From NCBI GenBank assembly GCA_047517405.1, contig JAKZSX010000002.1, forward strand, positions 1 to 44,632: DNA of 44,632 nt, written 5' to 3'. Positions within the stretch are counted from its first letter, which is position 1. Each line of letters opens with the position of its first letter. Shown here in pieces: positions 34,367 to 43,142 of this stretch. The position numbers were made by a program, and so were the translations under genes. Source of the DNA: Candidatus Poribacteria bacterium. Its GTDB lineage: Bacteria > Poribacteria > WGA-4E > PCPOR2b. The notes below the pieces were generated by a model. It saw only the letters and a list, made by a program, of their open reading frames with translations, ran no database searches and was not told the origin of the DNA.

Positions 34367-35335
34367 TCAATTGTGGACACCCCTACGGATACATTCCAAC
34401 AGCTGCGGATGCAGATCCCCATTTGTCGCTAAAATTCCGCGGTTGGCGGTCATCCGTCTCCCTTGCGAGAAATCAAGTGTTCGTCCATCGACATCCGTTA
34501 CCACCCCGCCTGCCTCTTCCACCACTATCAGCCCAGCGGCGTGATCCCAAATGCACTCACGGTAATCCGGCGTCGCCGGGTTTGGCAGACGAATATAGAC
34601 GGACGCCTCACCCCGCGCAAGGACTCCATACTTCCCCTGACCGTCCATCCGGATCGGTGGATTGATAATACCGACCTGATGCGCGATTTGTGCGTGAGTA
34701 TCAAGGTCGCTGTGGCTAGATTCAACGCTCTCTGCAAAACGACGAGTTGCGTGAGAAATACGAATCTGTTGTGAGGATTTTGCATCTAACGATAGCATCC
34801 GCGTGCCCTCACCTCTCTCTGCGACGAAAAGGCAGCCACGTTGTGCCTGCGGATCGTCCAATTTCTGCGGCAGATTCGGGCACCCCAGCACCCCGAGTTT
34901 TACCTCTCCGTTAACAATCAACGCTAGTGCAATGGCATATTGATCCCCCCGCAAAAACCCTTTCGTGCCATCAATCGGGTCCAGCGTCCAGAAACGTTCT
35001 CCCACTTTTCCACCGCCTCGATCAATCCAATCGCAGACTGTTTGGACTGAAGGTATCCCTGCGGCAAAACGGTCGACATATCCGGTCACACGCTGCATAA
35101 GTTGAGGGTTTTCCTGCAACGTCTGAGAATCCTCTTCGGCGACAATGATATCGTCTAAAAATGCCTCACCGATTGCTTGACAGATTAAAGCCTGTGAACC
35201 GAAATCTGCCACTGTCACGGGACTCCGATCCGCCTTCTCCACTGCATCCGCCTTCACCATGTCAGCCTGCACCTGCTGACACAGTTGCACGGCTCTCAAT
35301 ACCGCGCTGATTGCAATCTGTTTCTCTGATACCAT
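34367..35335 (-). CDS. 3'(2'),5'-bisphosphate nucleotidase (inositol monophosphatase superfamily, HAL2/CysQ-like)
   Basis: DRSPVTVADF, WTLDPIDGTKGF and WDHAAG motifs. Confidence 0.85.
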   Translation of the reverse strand: MVSEKQIAISAVLRAVQLCQQVQADMVKADAVEKADRSPVTVADFGSQALICQAIGEAFLDDIIVAEEDSQTLQENPQLMQRVTGYVDRFAAGIPSVQTVCDWIDRGGGKVGERFWTLDPIDGTKGFLRGDQYAIALALIVNGEVKLGVLGCPNLPQKLDDPQAQRGCLFVAERGEGTRMLSLDAKSSQQIRISHATRRFAESVESSHSDLDTHAQIAHQVGIINPPIRMDGQGKYGVLARGEASVYIRLPNPATPDYRECIWDHAAGLIVVEEAGGVVTDVDGRTLDFSQGRRMTANRGILATNGDLHPQLLECIRRGVHN

Positions 35336-35364
35336 AAGGTCTGCAACGTGATGTGTAATTTTTC

Positions 35365-36915
35365 TTAACCTCCATGTTCAAAGGTACGGCGCAAAATGCT
35401 GCGATGTCCAAGATTGTTTTCAAGGTGGTAGATGATGGTGTATGTCCCTGCTGCGGATCGAAATTGGTTGACATCAATGGTCGGGGTAAACCGCACAATC
35501 TCTGAGCCGTCGTTCGGGATATCGAGCCGCTGTGAGAAGGGACCATAGCAGCGTTCACCTAATGGGTTGAGCACTTTCCATGTGACTTCGAGCCACGTTG
35601 GACGCGGGTCACGACGGAGATAAATGACAACCTCATCTGTTTCTAGTCCATCTTTGTTGAAACCAAGGACACCAAGTTCAGAGAGCATTTTGGCTGTGAG
35701 CGTTCGTGGAATGTGCTCTAGATAACCTCTGCCGGGGATAGCTCGCCAAGTGCCGCCCGTCGCCCAAGCAATCTGTTTGATGGGAAGGAAATTCAGTCCG
35801 ATGACATCAACGCGAACATCTTGGCGTTGTAGCGTTTCGATAACCTCGTCTTGGCTATATTCCGATCTGCCATCGTAATCTGCGTCGTGGAAGGCTCCAT
35901 CGCTCGCAAGGACGAAAAATCGTTGAGCATTACCTCGAAATTTAATCTTGTGTAGCGCAGCCATCAACGCATCTAATCCCGATTCGGCGAGATCCCCTCC
36001 ACCTTCAAACTTAATCTTGTAAAGCCAGTTTTTGAATTTGCCGTGATCTGTCGTAACCCCTTGAACCTTCGGCTTTTTTGTCATGGTATCGGCGAATGTT
36101 ACCAAGCCAAAAGCTGCATTGTGGCCTGAGCGTGTGAAATGCTCAAAGAAGAGGTCGATATAAGCGCGAATACCACGGACATTGTCTTCCATGCTCCCGG
36201 TCTTGTCGATGATAAACACCAGATCGACTTCCTGAACGACTGCCGCATCTGTCAGATTTCGAGCGAGTTCAGTCATCATCTGAATATAATTGTCCTCCCC
36301 AGAGGTGCCCGAAGGAATGCCACCGCCCGAATTGCCGATAGGCATTCCGTCAAGCGCCTCGCCTCGTCTTCGTCCTACGCGTAACTTCGTTACGCCGATC
36401 TCAGGAGAGCTTTCTGATAGATGGCTGCCTCCTTTAGCAACATTGATGTCCTGATCTGCCGCGAGAGGCACCCCCTTTTCTGAAGCCTCTCTCGGCAGAT
36501 CTACTGCTGGCATGGTAAGTGCTTTGGAATCTGGACGTGCTTTTGCGGATAGTTGCGGTTGGGAAACAGGTCCAGCGCTGTCCGAAGTCGGAGGCGAATC
36601 AATTTTCGACCCAATCGCTGTCCGTTGATTTGTTTCGGGTGAATCAACCGTCAGCCAATTGGTCGCAGATGTGGGTTTGGGTTTAGGAGTGAGTGGTTCT
36701 GGAACAACTTCAACCGGTTCAAGGGGTGGCGGCTCAACCGGCTTGAGTGGGACAACCACCGGGCGTCGAAAATGAGTGATGTCAACCAGAACGCTGTCAT
36801 CAAACGAGGGTAGTTGACGCTGTCTAATCTGTAGATGCATCATGATGGCTGCAACAATGAGATGAATTATGAGCGAACAGATTAAAGCTGGGCGAGAATT
36901 CCTGCGACGTAACAT
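35365..36915 (-). CDS. membrane-anchored von Willebrand factor A domain protein
   Basis: N-terminal TM helix, a Pro-rich linker, and a vWA MIDAS motif in VFIIDKTGSM (DxSxS-type DKTGS). 516 aa. Confidence 0.8.
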   Translation of the reverse strand: MLRRRNSRPALICSLIIHLIVAAIMMHLQIRQRQLPSFDDSVLVDITHFRRPVVVPLKPVEPPPLEPVEVVPEPLTPKPKPTSATNWLTVDSPETNQRTAIGSKIDSPPTSDSAGPVSQPQLSAKARPDSKALTMPAVDLPREASEKGVPLAADQDINVAKGGSHLSESSPEIGVTKLRVGRRRGEALDGMPIGNSGGGIPSGTSGEDNYIQMMTELARNLTDAAVVQEVDLVFIIDKTGSMEDNVRGIRAYIDLFFEHFTRSGHNAAFGLVTFADTMTKKPKVQGVTTDHGKFKNWLYKIKFEGGGDLAESGLDALMAALHKIKFRGNAQRFFVLASDGAFHDADYDGRSEYSQDEVIETLQRQDVRVDVIGLNFLPIKQIAWATGGTWRAIPGRGYLEHIPRTLTAKMLSELGVLGFNKDGLETDEVVIYLRRDPRPTWLEVTWKVLNPLGERCYGPFSQRLDIPNDGSEIVRFTPTIDVNQFRSAAGTYTIIYHLENNLGHRSILRRTFEHGG

Positions 36916-36967
36916 GGCGTCACCTACTTTTGTGAATCAAGGGATTTGGAAACCCCATGGTGATCTC

Positions 36968-37723
36968 TCATCTTGAGGTTGACTTATGAGTTGACTTCGC
37001 AATCCGAATTCCAACGTTATGCACCATCTCTATCGGTTCATACGCTGCACGGTTTGCACATCGTGCTGCAAATTGACCCCGCGGCACCCATGAACCTCCC
37101 CGAATGACCTTACGTCTGCCTTCGGCTGGACCAAAGGGATTTTGCGCCGGCGCGTATTGATAGGTCTCCGGGTGAAACCAGTCTATGCACCACTCGTAAA
37201 CATTCCCGCCCATATCGTAGCACCCATAGAGACTGACCCCTTCAGGATAGCTGCCAACGGGCGTTGTTCGTTTGAGACTACTCTCCGACGAATTCGTTTT
37301 CGATGGATCCCATTCGTTTCCCCAGGGATACTCTCGTCCATCGGTGCCTCGTGCTGCTTTCTCCCACTCCGCTTCTGTCGGTAAACGATACGCTTCGTCT
37401 GTCAGTTCGCTGAGATACCCTAGAAATGCTTGTGCGTCGTGCCAACTAACGCCAACCACAGGACAGTCCGGCGCATTGAAACGCGGATCGGCATAAAAAC
37501 GCGGCGGATAATACCCGCTATCTTCTACGAATTGCATATATTGCGCATGGGTCACAGGGAACTTGCCGATATGGTAAGCGTTGAGCATCACTGTGCGCTG
37601 CGGTTCTTCATGGTCAGTCTTTCGTAAGCCCGTCGGAAGTGTGCCCATGATGAACGAGCCTTCAGGGATGTAGACCAATGGGTAGTTTAGCGGATCGATC
37701 GTAATCTCTTTCTGGGTTGACAT
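36968..37723 (-). CDS. formylglycine-generating enzyme (SUMF1/FGE-sulfatase) family protein
   Basis: PVVGVSWHDAQAF, RLPTEAEWEKAARG, GNVYEWC and RGGSW motifs. No signal peptide. Confidence 0.9.
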   Translation of the reverse strand: MSTQKEITIDPLNYPLVYIPEGSFIMGTLPTGLRKTDHEEPQRTVMLNAYHIGKFPVTHAQYMQFVEDSGYYPPRFYADPRFNAPDCPVVGVSWHDAQAFLGYLSELTDEAYRLPTEAEWEKAARGTDGREYPWGNEWDPSKTNSSESSLKRTTPVGSYPEGVSLYGCYDMGGNVYEWCIDWFHPETYQYAPAQNPFGPAEGRRKVIRGGSWVPRGQFAARCANRAAYEPIEMVHNVGIRIAKSTHKSTSR

Positions 37724-37918
37724 GGGATATATTCACTCATAATAGTCCGAAGAAGATGGGGTATAATGCACAAAACCTAACGACATGCCAAAGTTAAAAA
37801 CATTGTAACACCAGATCGTTGCTTTTTCAAGGTCAAGTGGCTTTTCAATCTAATACTGGTGGGAGGTAAACTTTCTATTTCCAGCACGTCTAACAGAGTA
37901 CAATACTCTCTAATTGTG

Positions 37919-37947
37919 TTGACAAAGCCTACGAAACACGCTACACT
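37919..37947 (+). promoter_or_regulatory. sigma70-type promoter for the Rieske-domain gene
   Basis: TTGACA (37919-37924), a 17-nt spacer, then TACACT (37942-37947). Confidence 0.45.
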
Positions 37948-38015
37948 TTGAATAAGTCAGATCGAAAAAAATGGCGGTAATCTATCACGTTTCACGTGAC
38001 AAGGAGGTTTACACC

Positions 38016-39863
38016 ATGAGTATTTCACCACGCTCCTCTCAAGAAACACCGGCAGGTTCAATCCACTTTGAAGATCTCCCAACTGCGGATGTTACGGATG
38101 AAACCGATCTGGTTTACCACCGACTCTGCCCCGCCGATACCGTTGGGGACGGCAATGGGAAGCCTTTTCATATGGAAGGCACACACCTTGCTGTCTTTAA
38201 GTATCACGATAAATTCTACGCGGTTGACAACCGTTGTCCGCACATGGGCTATCCGATGTCCGAAGGTAGTGTCCGAGATGGTGTGCTGATTTGCCACTGG
38301 CACCACTGGGAGTTCGACCTCAAATCGGGCGGTTGCTTTCTCGCGTTTGGGGACGATCTGAAGGCGTTCCCTGTTACAGTACGCGATGATGGGTATCTGT
38401 ACGTTGGGCTTGCCCGTGGAGAGCGAGGCGCAGCGAAACGCCGTGTCATTGACCGTGGCAAGCGCGCCCTTGAGCGAGGACTCAAGGACCGGAGTTCCTT
38501 CTTCATTGCGAAGGCGGTTACAGCACTCACCGATGTAGAGGCAATACCGCAGGAGATTATTCAGCAGGGACTTCACTATGGTGCCCATAAAAGCAGCGAA
38601 GGTTGGTCGTCCGGCATAGCGATTCTTACGCTCGCAGCGAATTTGTGGGACGAGGTTGCCCCGAAAGATCACAACCTGTTTCTCGTGCATGGACTTGTGC
38701 AAATCAGTCTTCGCACGTCGGGAAGTTCACGCCCATATCGCGCACCGTTCCCGCAGACGACAGAGGAACACGACCTCACAACCCTGAAGCGATGGTTCCG
38801 CTACTTTATCGACAAACGGGACGGAGGTGCCGCAGAGCGCATTCTGCTCACACTGAATGACCGCGGATATGGTAAATCGGTCTTAGCGGATTTCGTGTTC
38901 ACCGCTGCCACTGACTTCTACTTCACCGGCGATGGCCACGCCCTCGATTTTGCAAACAAGATGTTTGAGGCATTGGATTACGTCCAGTGGGAGGGAGCAC
39001 ACGAGATCTTACGTCCAATTGTGGTTGATTTGATTAGCCGGACGCGGCACGAGGAGACATCTCGATGGGCGGACAGCGTGCCGGTGCTGGAGCCAGTCTT
39101 CACCCGCTTGGATGAAATCTGGCAGGAGAACCAAGCCAACGAAGCGGAACTCGATATTTCGGAGTTCACCCAAACGATGCTTGGCGACGATTTTATACCG
39201 ATTGTTGCGGAGATTGAGGAGAAACTTCGTGCCGGCGTGAAGCCTACCGACATTTGCCGAGCTATGACTTACGCCTCAGCGATTCGGACCGCGCGCTTCC
39301 ATCTCAAGAATGAAGGGGATTGGCACGATGTGGCAAATATTTACTCCTACGCACACGTGCTCTACTGCACGTTCCACTACGCGCCGAGTGCAGACCTTTT
39401 GCGAGGGATCTTCCACGGTGCCGTGTTCCTAAACTACCTACGTTGGTTGAACATGCCGGCGGCGCGTATTCCCCGTCCCGGTCAACGGCTTGACGAAACC
39501 TTCGGCTCCGTTGATGAGATGTTAGATCGCTTTCAGGAGTTTGCCGACTTCCAGAAGGTCTACGAAGCGGAAATCCTTGTGAATCAATATCTGGAGGAAG
39601 GGCACGACGTTGACGCACTCAAGCGCGCGTTGGCGCACATTCTGCTCCGTGAAGATGCTGAGCTTCACATGTTCCAAGTGCTCGAAGTCGCCTTTCGGCA
39701 CTACGCGCTGACTGACGATACTGAGGAAAAGCGGATGCATCTTCTCGCGGCGACCCGTTACATAACCGCACAGAAGTTGATGAAGAATATCCTCTGGTCA
39801 ACCGAGAATGCGGAACGTTTGGCACGTGGCGAGTTGCTCAGTGAACGTGAGGATGATAATTAG
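38016..39863 (+). CDS. Rieske [2Fe-2S] domain protein fused to a ~470-aa uncharacterised helical C-terminal region
   Basis: Rieske motifs CPHMGYP and CHWHHWEF. I prefer the ATG at 38016, which has AAGGAGG 7 nt upstream. The ORF track starts at 37971. Confidence 0.8.
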   Translation: MSISPRSSQETPAGSIHFEDLPTADVTDETDLVYHRLCPADTVGDGNGKPFHMEGTHLAVFKYHDKFYAVDNRCPHMGYPMSEGSVRDGVLICHWHHWEFDLKSGGCFLAFGDDLKAFPVTVRDDGYLYVGLARGERGAAKRRVIDRGKRALERGLKDRSSFFIAKAVTALTDVEAIPQEIIQQGLHYGAHKSSEGWSSGIAILTLAANLWDEVAPKDHNLFLVHGLVQISLRTSGSSRPYRAPFPQTTEEHDLTTLKRWFRYFIDKRDGGAAERILLTLNDRGYGKSVLADFVFTAATDFYFTGDGHALDFANKMFEALDYVQWEGAHEILRPIVVDLISRTRHEETSRWADSVPVLEPVFTRLDEIWQENQANEAELDISEFTQTMLGDDFIPIVAEIEEKLRAGVKPTDICRAMTYASAIRTARFHLKNEGDWHDVANIYSYAHVLYCTFHYAPSADLLRGIFHGAVFLNYLRWLNMPAARIPRPGQRLDETFGSVDEMLDRFQEFADFQKVYEAEILVNQYLEEGHDVDALKRALAHILLREDAELHMFQVLEVAFRHYALTDDTEEKRMHLLAATRYITAQKLMKNILWSTENAERLARGELLSEREDDN

Positions 39864-39881
39864 CGAGTCAAACGAACAACC

Positions 39882-39917
39882 AAAAAAGGGCGCACCGGTT
39901 TGGGTACGCCCTTTTTT
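39882..39917. terminator. bidirectional intrinsic terminator
   Basis: AAAAAAGGGCG ... CGCCCTTTTTT. The GC stem 39888-39892 / 39907-39911 can be extended by ACC/GGT and is flanked by an A-run and a T-run. It lies between convergent genes. Confidence 0.7.
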
Positions 39918-39951
39918 GGTTTTTATGCGAATCGCGATTTGGAAATCGCTC

Positions 39952-40128
39952 TTATGCGACCAACCGCCCATTAGTGTCAATCTCATCACGCAAACATTTG
40001 CGGCAGTAGTAGATCGGATGCGCTTTGCGGTAAACAAAGCCCTTTGCTTGCGTGCCACACTTTTCGCAGGTCTGATCCTTGATCACGTGAATCGCCTCCG
40101 TTACTTTTGATGAAGAAGCCGTTTTCAT
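39952..40128 (-). CDS. 58-aa zinc-ribbon protein (CxxC...CxxC)
   Basis: The minus-strand ORF encodes MKTASSSKVTEAIHVIKDQTCEKCGTQAKGFVYRKAHPIYYCRKCLRDEIDTNGRLVA. It is below the ORF-track cutoff and is followed by a hairpin and the bidirectional terminator. The RBS is weak (AAGGAA). Confidence 0.5.
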   Translation of the reverse strand: MKTASSSKVTEAIHVIKDQTCEKCGTQAKGFVYRKAHPIYYCRKCLRDEIDTNGRLVA

Positions 40129-40292
40129 CTGGGGTTCCTTTCTTTGTGTATATAAATCATGCTTCCATTGGGTTACGAAAATGGCTGCATTTCACAATAT
40201 GCCAACATTTGTTTTCCTTAGTGTGAATTATACCACACAAACATAAAGTAGTCAATCAAAATTATCGAAACTTTTTAGATATTATGAAGATC

Positions 40293-40322
40293 TTGACAAC
40301 GCATGAGAACGTATGCTATCCT
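40293..40322 (+). promoter_or_regulatory. candidate sigma70 promoter for mnmA
   Basis: TTGACA (40293-40298), an 18-nt spacer, then TATCCT (40317-40322). Confidence 0.35.
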
Positions 40323-40357
40323 TAATGTGATTTCATTCCAAAAAAACGTAGATGTAG

Positions 40358-41443
40358 GTGATTAAATTGGGTACAAAGGTTATCGCTGCGATGAGCGGCG
40401 GTGTTGATAGTTCAGTGACCGCGGCATTGATGGTCGAAGCCGGCTATGATGTGATTGCAATTACCATGCGCCTCGGTACGCACGACACAATCGAGATCGA
40501 GTCGGACAAGCCGAATTGCTGCTCGCTTGAGGGTGTTGAGGACGCGCGGCGGGTTGCTACACAGTTGGGGATACCATTTTACGCCGTCAATTACGAAGAG
40601 CCGTTCCGCCAGAGCATTATTGATTACTTTGCTGATGAGTACGTTTCTGGACGGACACCGAGTCCGTGCGTCATCTGTAATCAGGACTTGAAGTTTGGGA
40701 AGCTGCTTGAGCTCGCAACGCAATTGGAAGTTGACTGCGTGGCGACAGGGCATTACGCCAGAATCGAACGCGAGCCGGAGACAGGTCGCTATACCTTGCG
40801 CAAAGGGATTGACTCCCGCAAGGATCAGTCTTACTTCCTGTTTTCACTAACACAGGCGCAGTTGAGTCGAGCATTGATGCCACTCGGTGGGTATGAAAAA
40901 GATGAGGTAAGAGAGGTGGCCCGGAAATATCAATTGCGGACAGCGGAAAAGCCAGAAAGCCAAGAACTCTGCTTTATTGCAGACGATAACTACAAGCGAT
41001 TTCTCAAGGATCGGATCCCTGAAAAAATTCAGGAAGGCGATATCGTTGACCAAGAGGGCCGTGTGCTCGGAGAGCATCAGGGAATCCCGTTTTACACGGT
41101 TGGACAACGCAAAGGGTTGGGGATCTCTGCCAAGACGCCACTCTATGTCACTGAATTAAAGGTTCACGACAACACCATCGTCGTTGGGAAGAACGAAGAC
41201 CTCTTGGCGGATACGATGCAGGTTGAGAAGGTAAACCTCATCACGATGGATAAGCTGACTGAGCCGATTCGCGCGGAGGTCAAGATTCGCTATCAAGATA
41301 CAGGGGCACCGGCGACGATTCGCCCCCTGAGCGACACGGAGGTGGAAGTCAAGTTTGATCAACCACGCCGTGCCGTGACCCCGGGGCAGGCAGCGGTATT
41401 CTATGATGGTGATACCGTCGTCGGGGGCGGTTGGATTAAGTAG
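40358..41443 (+). CDS. mnmA: tRNA 2-thiouridine(34) synthase
   Basis: PP-loop AAMSGGVDSSV and the conserved C...C catalytic pattern (PSPCVICNQDLKF, ELCFI). 361 aa with a GTG start. Confidence 0.9.
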   Translation: MIKLGTKVIAAMSGGVDSSVTAALMVEAGYDVIAITMRLGTHDTIEIESDKPNCCSLEGVEDARRVATQLGIPFYAVNYEEPFRQSIIDYFADEYVSGRTPSPCVICNQDLKFGKLLELATQLEVDCVATGHYARIEREPETGRYTLRKGIDSRKDQSYFLFSLTQAQLSRALMPLGGYEKDEVREVARKYQLRTAEKPESQELCFIADDNYKRFLKDRIPEKIQEGDIVDQEGRVLGEHQGIPFYTVGQRKGLGISAKTPLYVTELKVHDNTIVVGKNEDLLADTMQVEKVNLITMDKLTEPIRAEVKIRYQDTGAPATIRPLSDTEVEVKFDQPRRAVTPGQAAVFYDGDTVVGGGWIK

Positions 41444-41464
41444 ATTTATCGATACGAGTAGAAG

Positions 41465-42148
41465 ATGGACATCCTCGAAGCACAACATCGAAAAATTATC
41501 ATTATCCTCGTTGTCGTGATACTCACGGGCGGGGGGTTTTGGATGCTAAAGCATTTTCATCCTACGCTTTTTCTCGGTGAACCCAATTTCGTTGTCGAGA
41601 CGGAAGCGGCCCTACCTCTACCACCCGCACCCACTCCAAAGTCAGAGATTGCTGTCCATGTGACGGGGGCGGTGAAGTTGCCGGGGGTTTACTATCTTTC
41701 CACCGATGCGCGAGTCCATGAGGCTATTGAAAAGGCGGGTGGGAAGACTGACCAAGCCGACGTTCACAGTCTGAATCTCGCTGCTAAAATTCGTGATGGG
41801 CAGCAGATTGATGTTCCAGAGATTCGCCAAATCTCTGATGTGAAGCAGCATGCGCCTATCTCCAACGCTGCTCAGGAGTACACCATTCCCACCTCACCGG
41901 ACCTTTCTGTAACCCCGCAGCCTTCCGTGAGGAGGTCTGCACCGTCGGATGGATCGCACATCAACATCAACACCGCGACATCGCAAGAGTTGCAAACACT
42001 ACGCGGTATTGGTCCCACACTAGCGCAACGCATTATTGAATACCGTCAAACCTCCGGTGGGTTCTCTACTGTTGATGACCTCACAAATGTCAAAGGCATT
42101 GAGGAGAAAACGCTGGAGAAGATTCGGGATAGCATCGCCGCTTATTAG
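41465..42148 (+). CDS. comEA: ComEA-family DNA-binding protein (SLBB plus helix-hairpin-helix)
   Basis: N-terminal TM helix, the SLBB-like IAVHVTGAVKLPGVYYL, and the C-terminal HhH INTATSQELQTLRGIGPTLAQRIIEYR. Confidence 0.85.
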   Translation: MDILEAQHRKIIIILVVVILTGGGFWMLKHFHPTLFLGEPNFVVETEAALPLPPAPTPKSEIAVHVTGAVKLPGVYYLSTDARVHEAIEKAGGKTDQADVHSLNLAAKIRDGQQIDVPEIRQISDVKQHAPISNAAQEYTIPTSPDLSVTPQPSVRRSAPSDGSHININTATSQELQTLRGIGPTLAQRIIEYRQTSGGFSTVDDLTNVKGIEEKTLEKIRDSIAAY

Positions 42149-42244
42149 GAATCCGCTCGGAGAGATTTTTTTCGTTTGACCCCTGATGCAAGTGTGCTAC
42201 AATTGTCCAAACTTTGTAACCTTTTTTACAAGGAGGAATCAGTA

Positions 42245-42652
42245 ATGTCAACCCTCGTACATATCGGTGTCCGCGCCACCAATTTGGAAGAGACTATCCG
42301 ATTTTGGCGGGATGCCCTCGGATTGAAAGTGTTTTCGACGATGGACGGCTGCTACGATCTCACCGATGGCTACCACAACTTCCGGGTCTTTCAGCACAAT
42401 GGGCCCGAACGACCGTCGCACGTCGGTGGAATGCTGGACTATCTCCACATCGGTGTGCGTGTCCCTGACCTACAGGAAGCTGCCAAGCGGTGTGAGGCGA
42501 ATGGGTTCACAATTATATCGGATGGGGTCGGCGGAAAAGAATACGATCCGAATTCGCCCCCGGACGAATCGTTCAAGGTAGAAGATCCTGACGGGATTGT
42601 AGTGGATGTGACGGCGAGTGACGATCAGTGGCCAGGCGTCCAGCCACGATAA
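42245..42652 (+). CDS. VOC (glyoxalase/bleomycin-resistance/dioxygenase) family protein
   Basis: Start MSTLVHIGVRATNLEETIRFW at 42245, with AAGGAGG 7 nt upstream. Paired beta-alpha-beta-beta-beta module pattern (HIGVR twice). Confidence 0.8.
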   Translation: MSTLVHIGVRATNLEETIRFWRDALGLKVFSTMDGCYDLTDGYHNFRVFQHNGPERPSHVGGMLDYLHIGVRVPDLQEAAKRCEANGFTIISDGVGGKEYDPNSPPDESFKVEDPDGIVVDVTASDDQWPGVQPR

Positions 42653-42677
42653 CGAGCAGCTTTTATTCTTGAGTTTA

Positions 42678-42708
42678 AGCCCTATGCACAGCACATAGGG
42701 CTTTTTTA
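42678..42708 (+). terminator. intrinsic terminator
   Basis: AGCCCTATG (42678-42686) pairs with CATAGGGCT (42694-42702), followed by a T-run. Confidence 0.7.
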
Positions 42709-42767
42709 TTTAACTGATTGAACCTGTCGTTGCCAACCGTTCTATCAGGTATAAGCGTAAAAAACGC

Positions 42768-42797
42768 TTGACATCAACTTCCTCCATTTGGTATCAT
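42768..42797 (+). promoter_or_regulatory. sigma70-type promoter for the tRNA pair
   Basis: TTGACA (42768-42773), an 18-nt spacer, then TATCAT (42792-42797). It ends about 20 nt upstream of tRNA-Phe. Confidence 0.5.
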
Positions 42798-42816
42798 TCT
42801 ACCCGCTCTCGATTGT

Positions 42817-42889
42817 GCCGAGGTAGCTCAGTAGGTAGAGCAGTGGACTGAAAATCCATGTGTCGGCAGTTCAATTCTGCCCCTCGGCA
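42817..42889 (+). tRNA. tRNA-Phe (anticodon GAA)
   Basis: Folded by hand into a cloverleaf: acceptor GCCGAGG/CCTCGGC, D arm GCTC/GAGC, anticodon arm GTGGA-CTGAAAA-TCCAT, T arm GGCAG-TTCAATT-CTGCC, discriminator A. 73 nt, with no encoded CCA. Confidence 0.9.
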
Positions 42890-42900
42890 TCCCCATCCTG

Positions 42901-42934
42901 ACGGCCTCATCATCTGTGTTGAGGCCGTTTTCCT
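42901..42934 (+). terminator. terminator-like hairpin between the two tRNA genes
   Basis: ACGGCCTCA (42901-42909) pairs with TGAGGCCGT (42920-42928), followed by TTTTCC. Confidence 0.4.
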
Positions 42935-42939
42935 TATAC

Positions 42940-43016
42940 GCCGGTGTAGCTCAGTTGGTCAGAGCGGTTGATTCGTAATCAACAGGTCGGAGGTTCAAAT
43001 CCTCTCACCGGCTCCA
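42940..43016 (+). tRNA. tRNA-Thr (anticodon CGU)
   Basis: Acceptor GCCGGTG/CACCGGC, D arm GCTC/GAGC, anticodon arm GTTGA-TTCGTAA-TCAAC, T arm GGAGG-TTCAAAT-CCTCT, discriminator T, and an encoded CCA. Confidence 0.85.
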
Positions 43017-43142
43017 CCTCTGTACCTATCCCTTCCCTTGTTTCATCTACTATCTAAAGTCTTAGCCGGTCGAAGCATTATACCTCCTGTAGGACTACCT
43101 AAACTTTTCATCCACTACTGCGTCTACTACGGGACAAATGCC

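Noticed and set aside
38058-38702. 214-aa minus-strand ORF
   Set aside because: It is antisense to the Rieske-domain region, which carries unambiguous cluster-binding motifs on the plus strand.
39798-40058. 86-aa minus-strand ORF
   Set aside because: It crosses the bidirectional terminator and overlaps the 3' end of the Rieske gene. A different frame encodes a cleaner 58-aa zinc-ribbon ORF.
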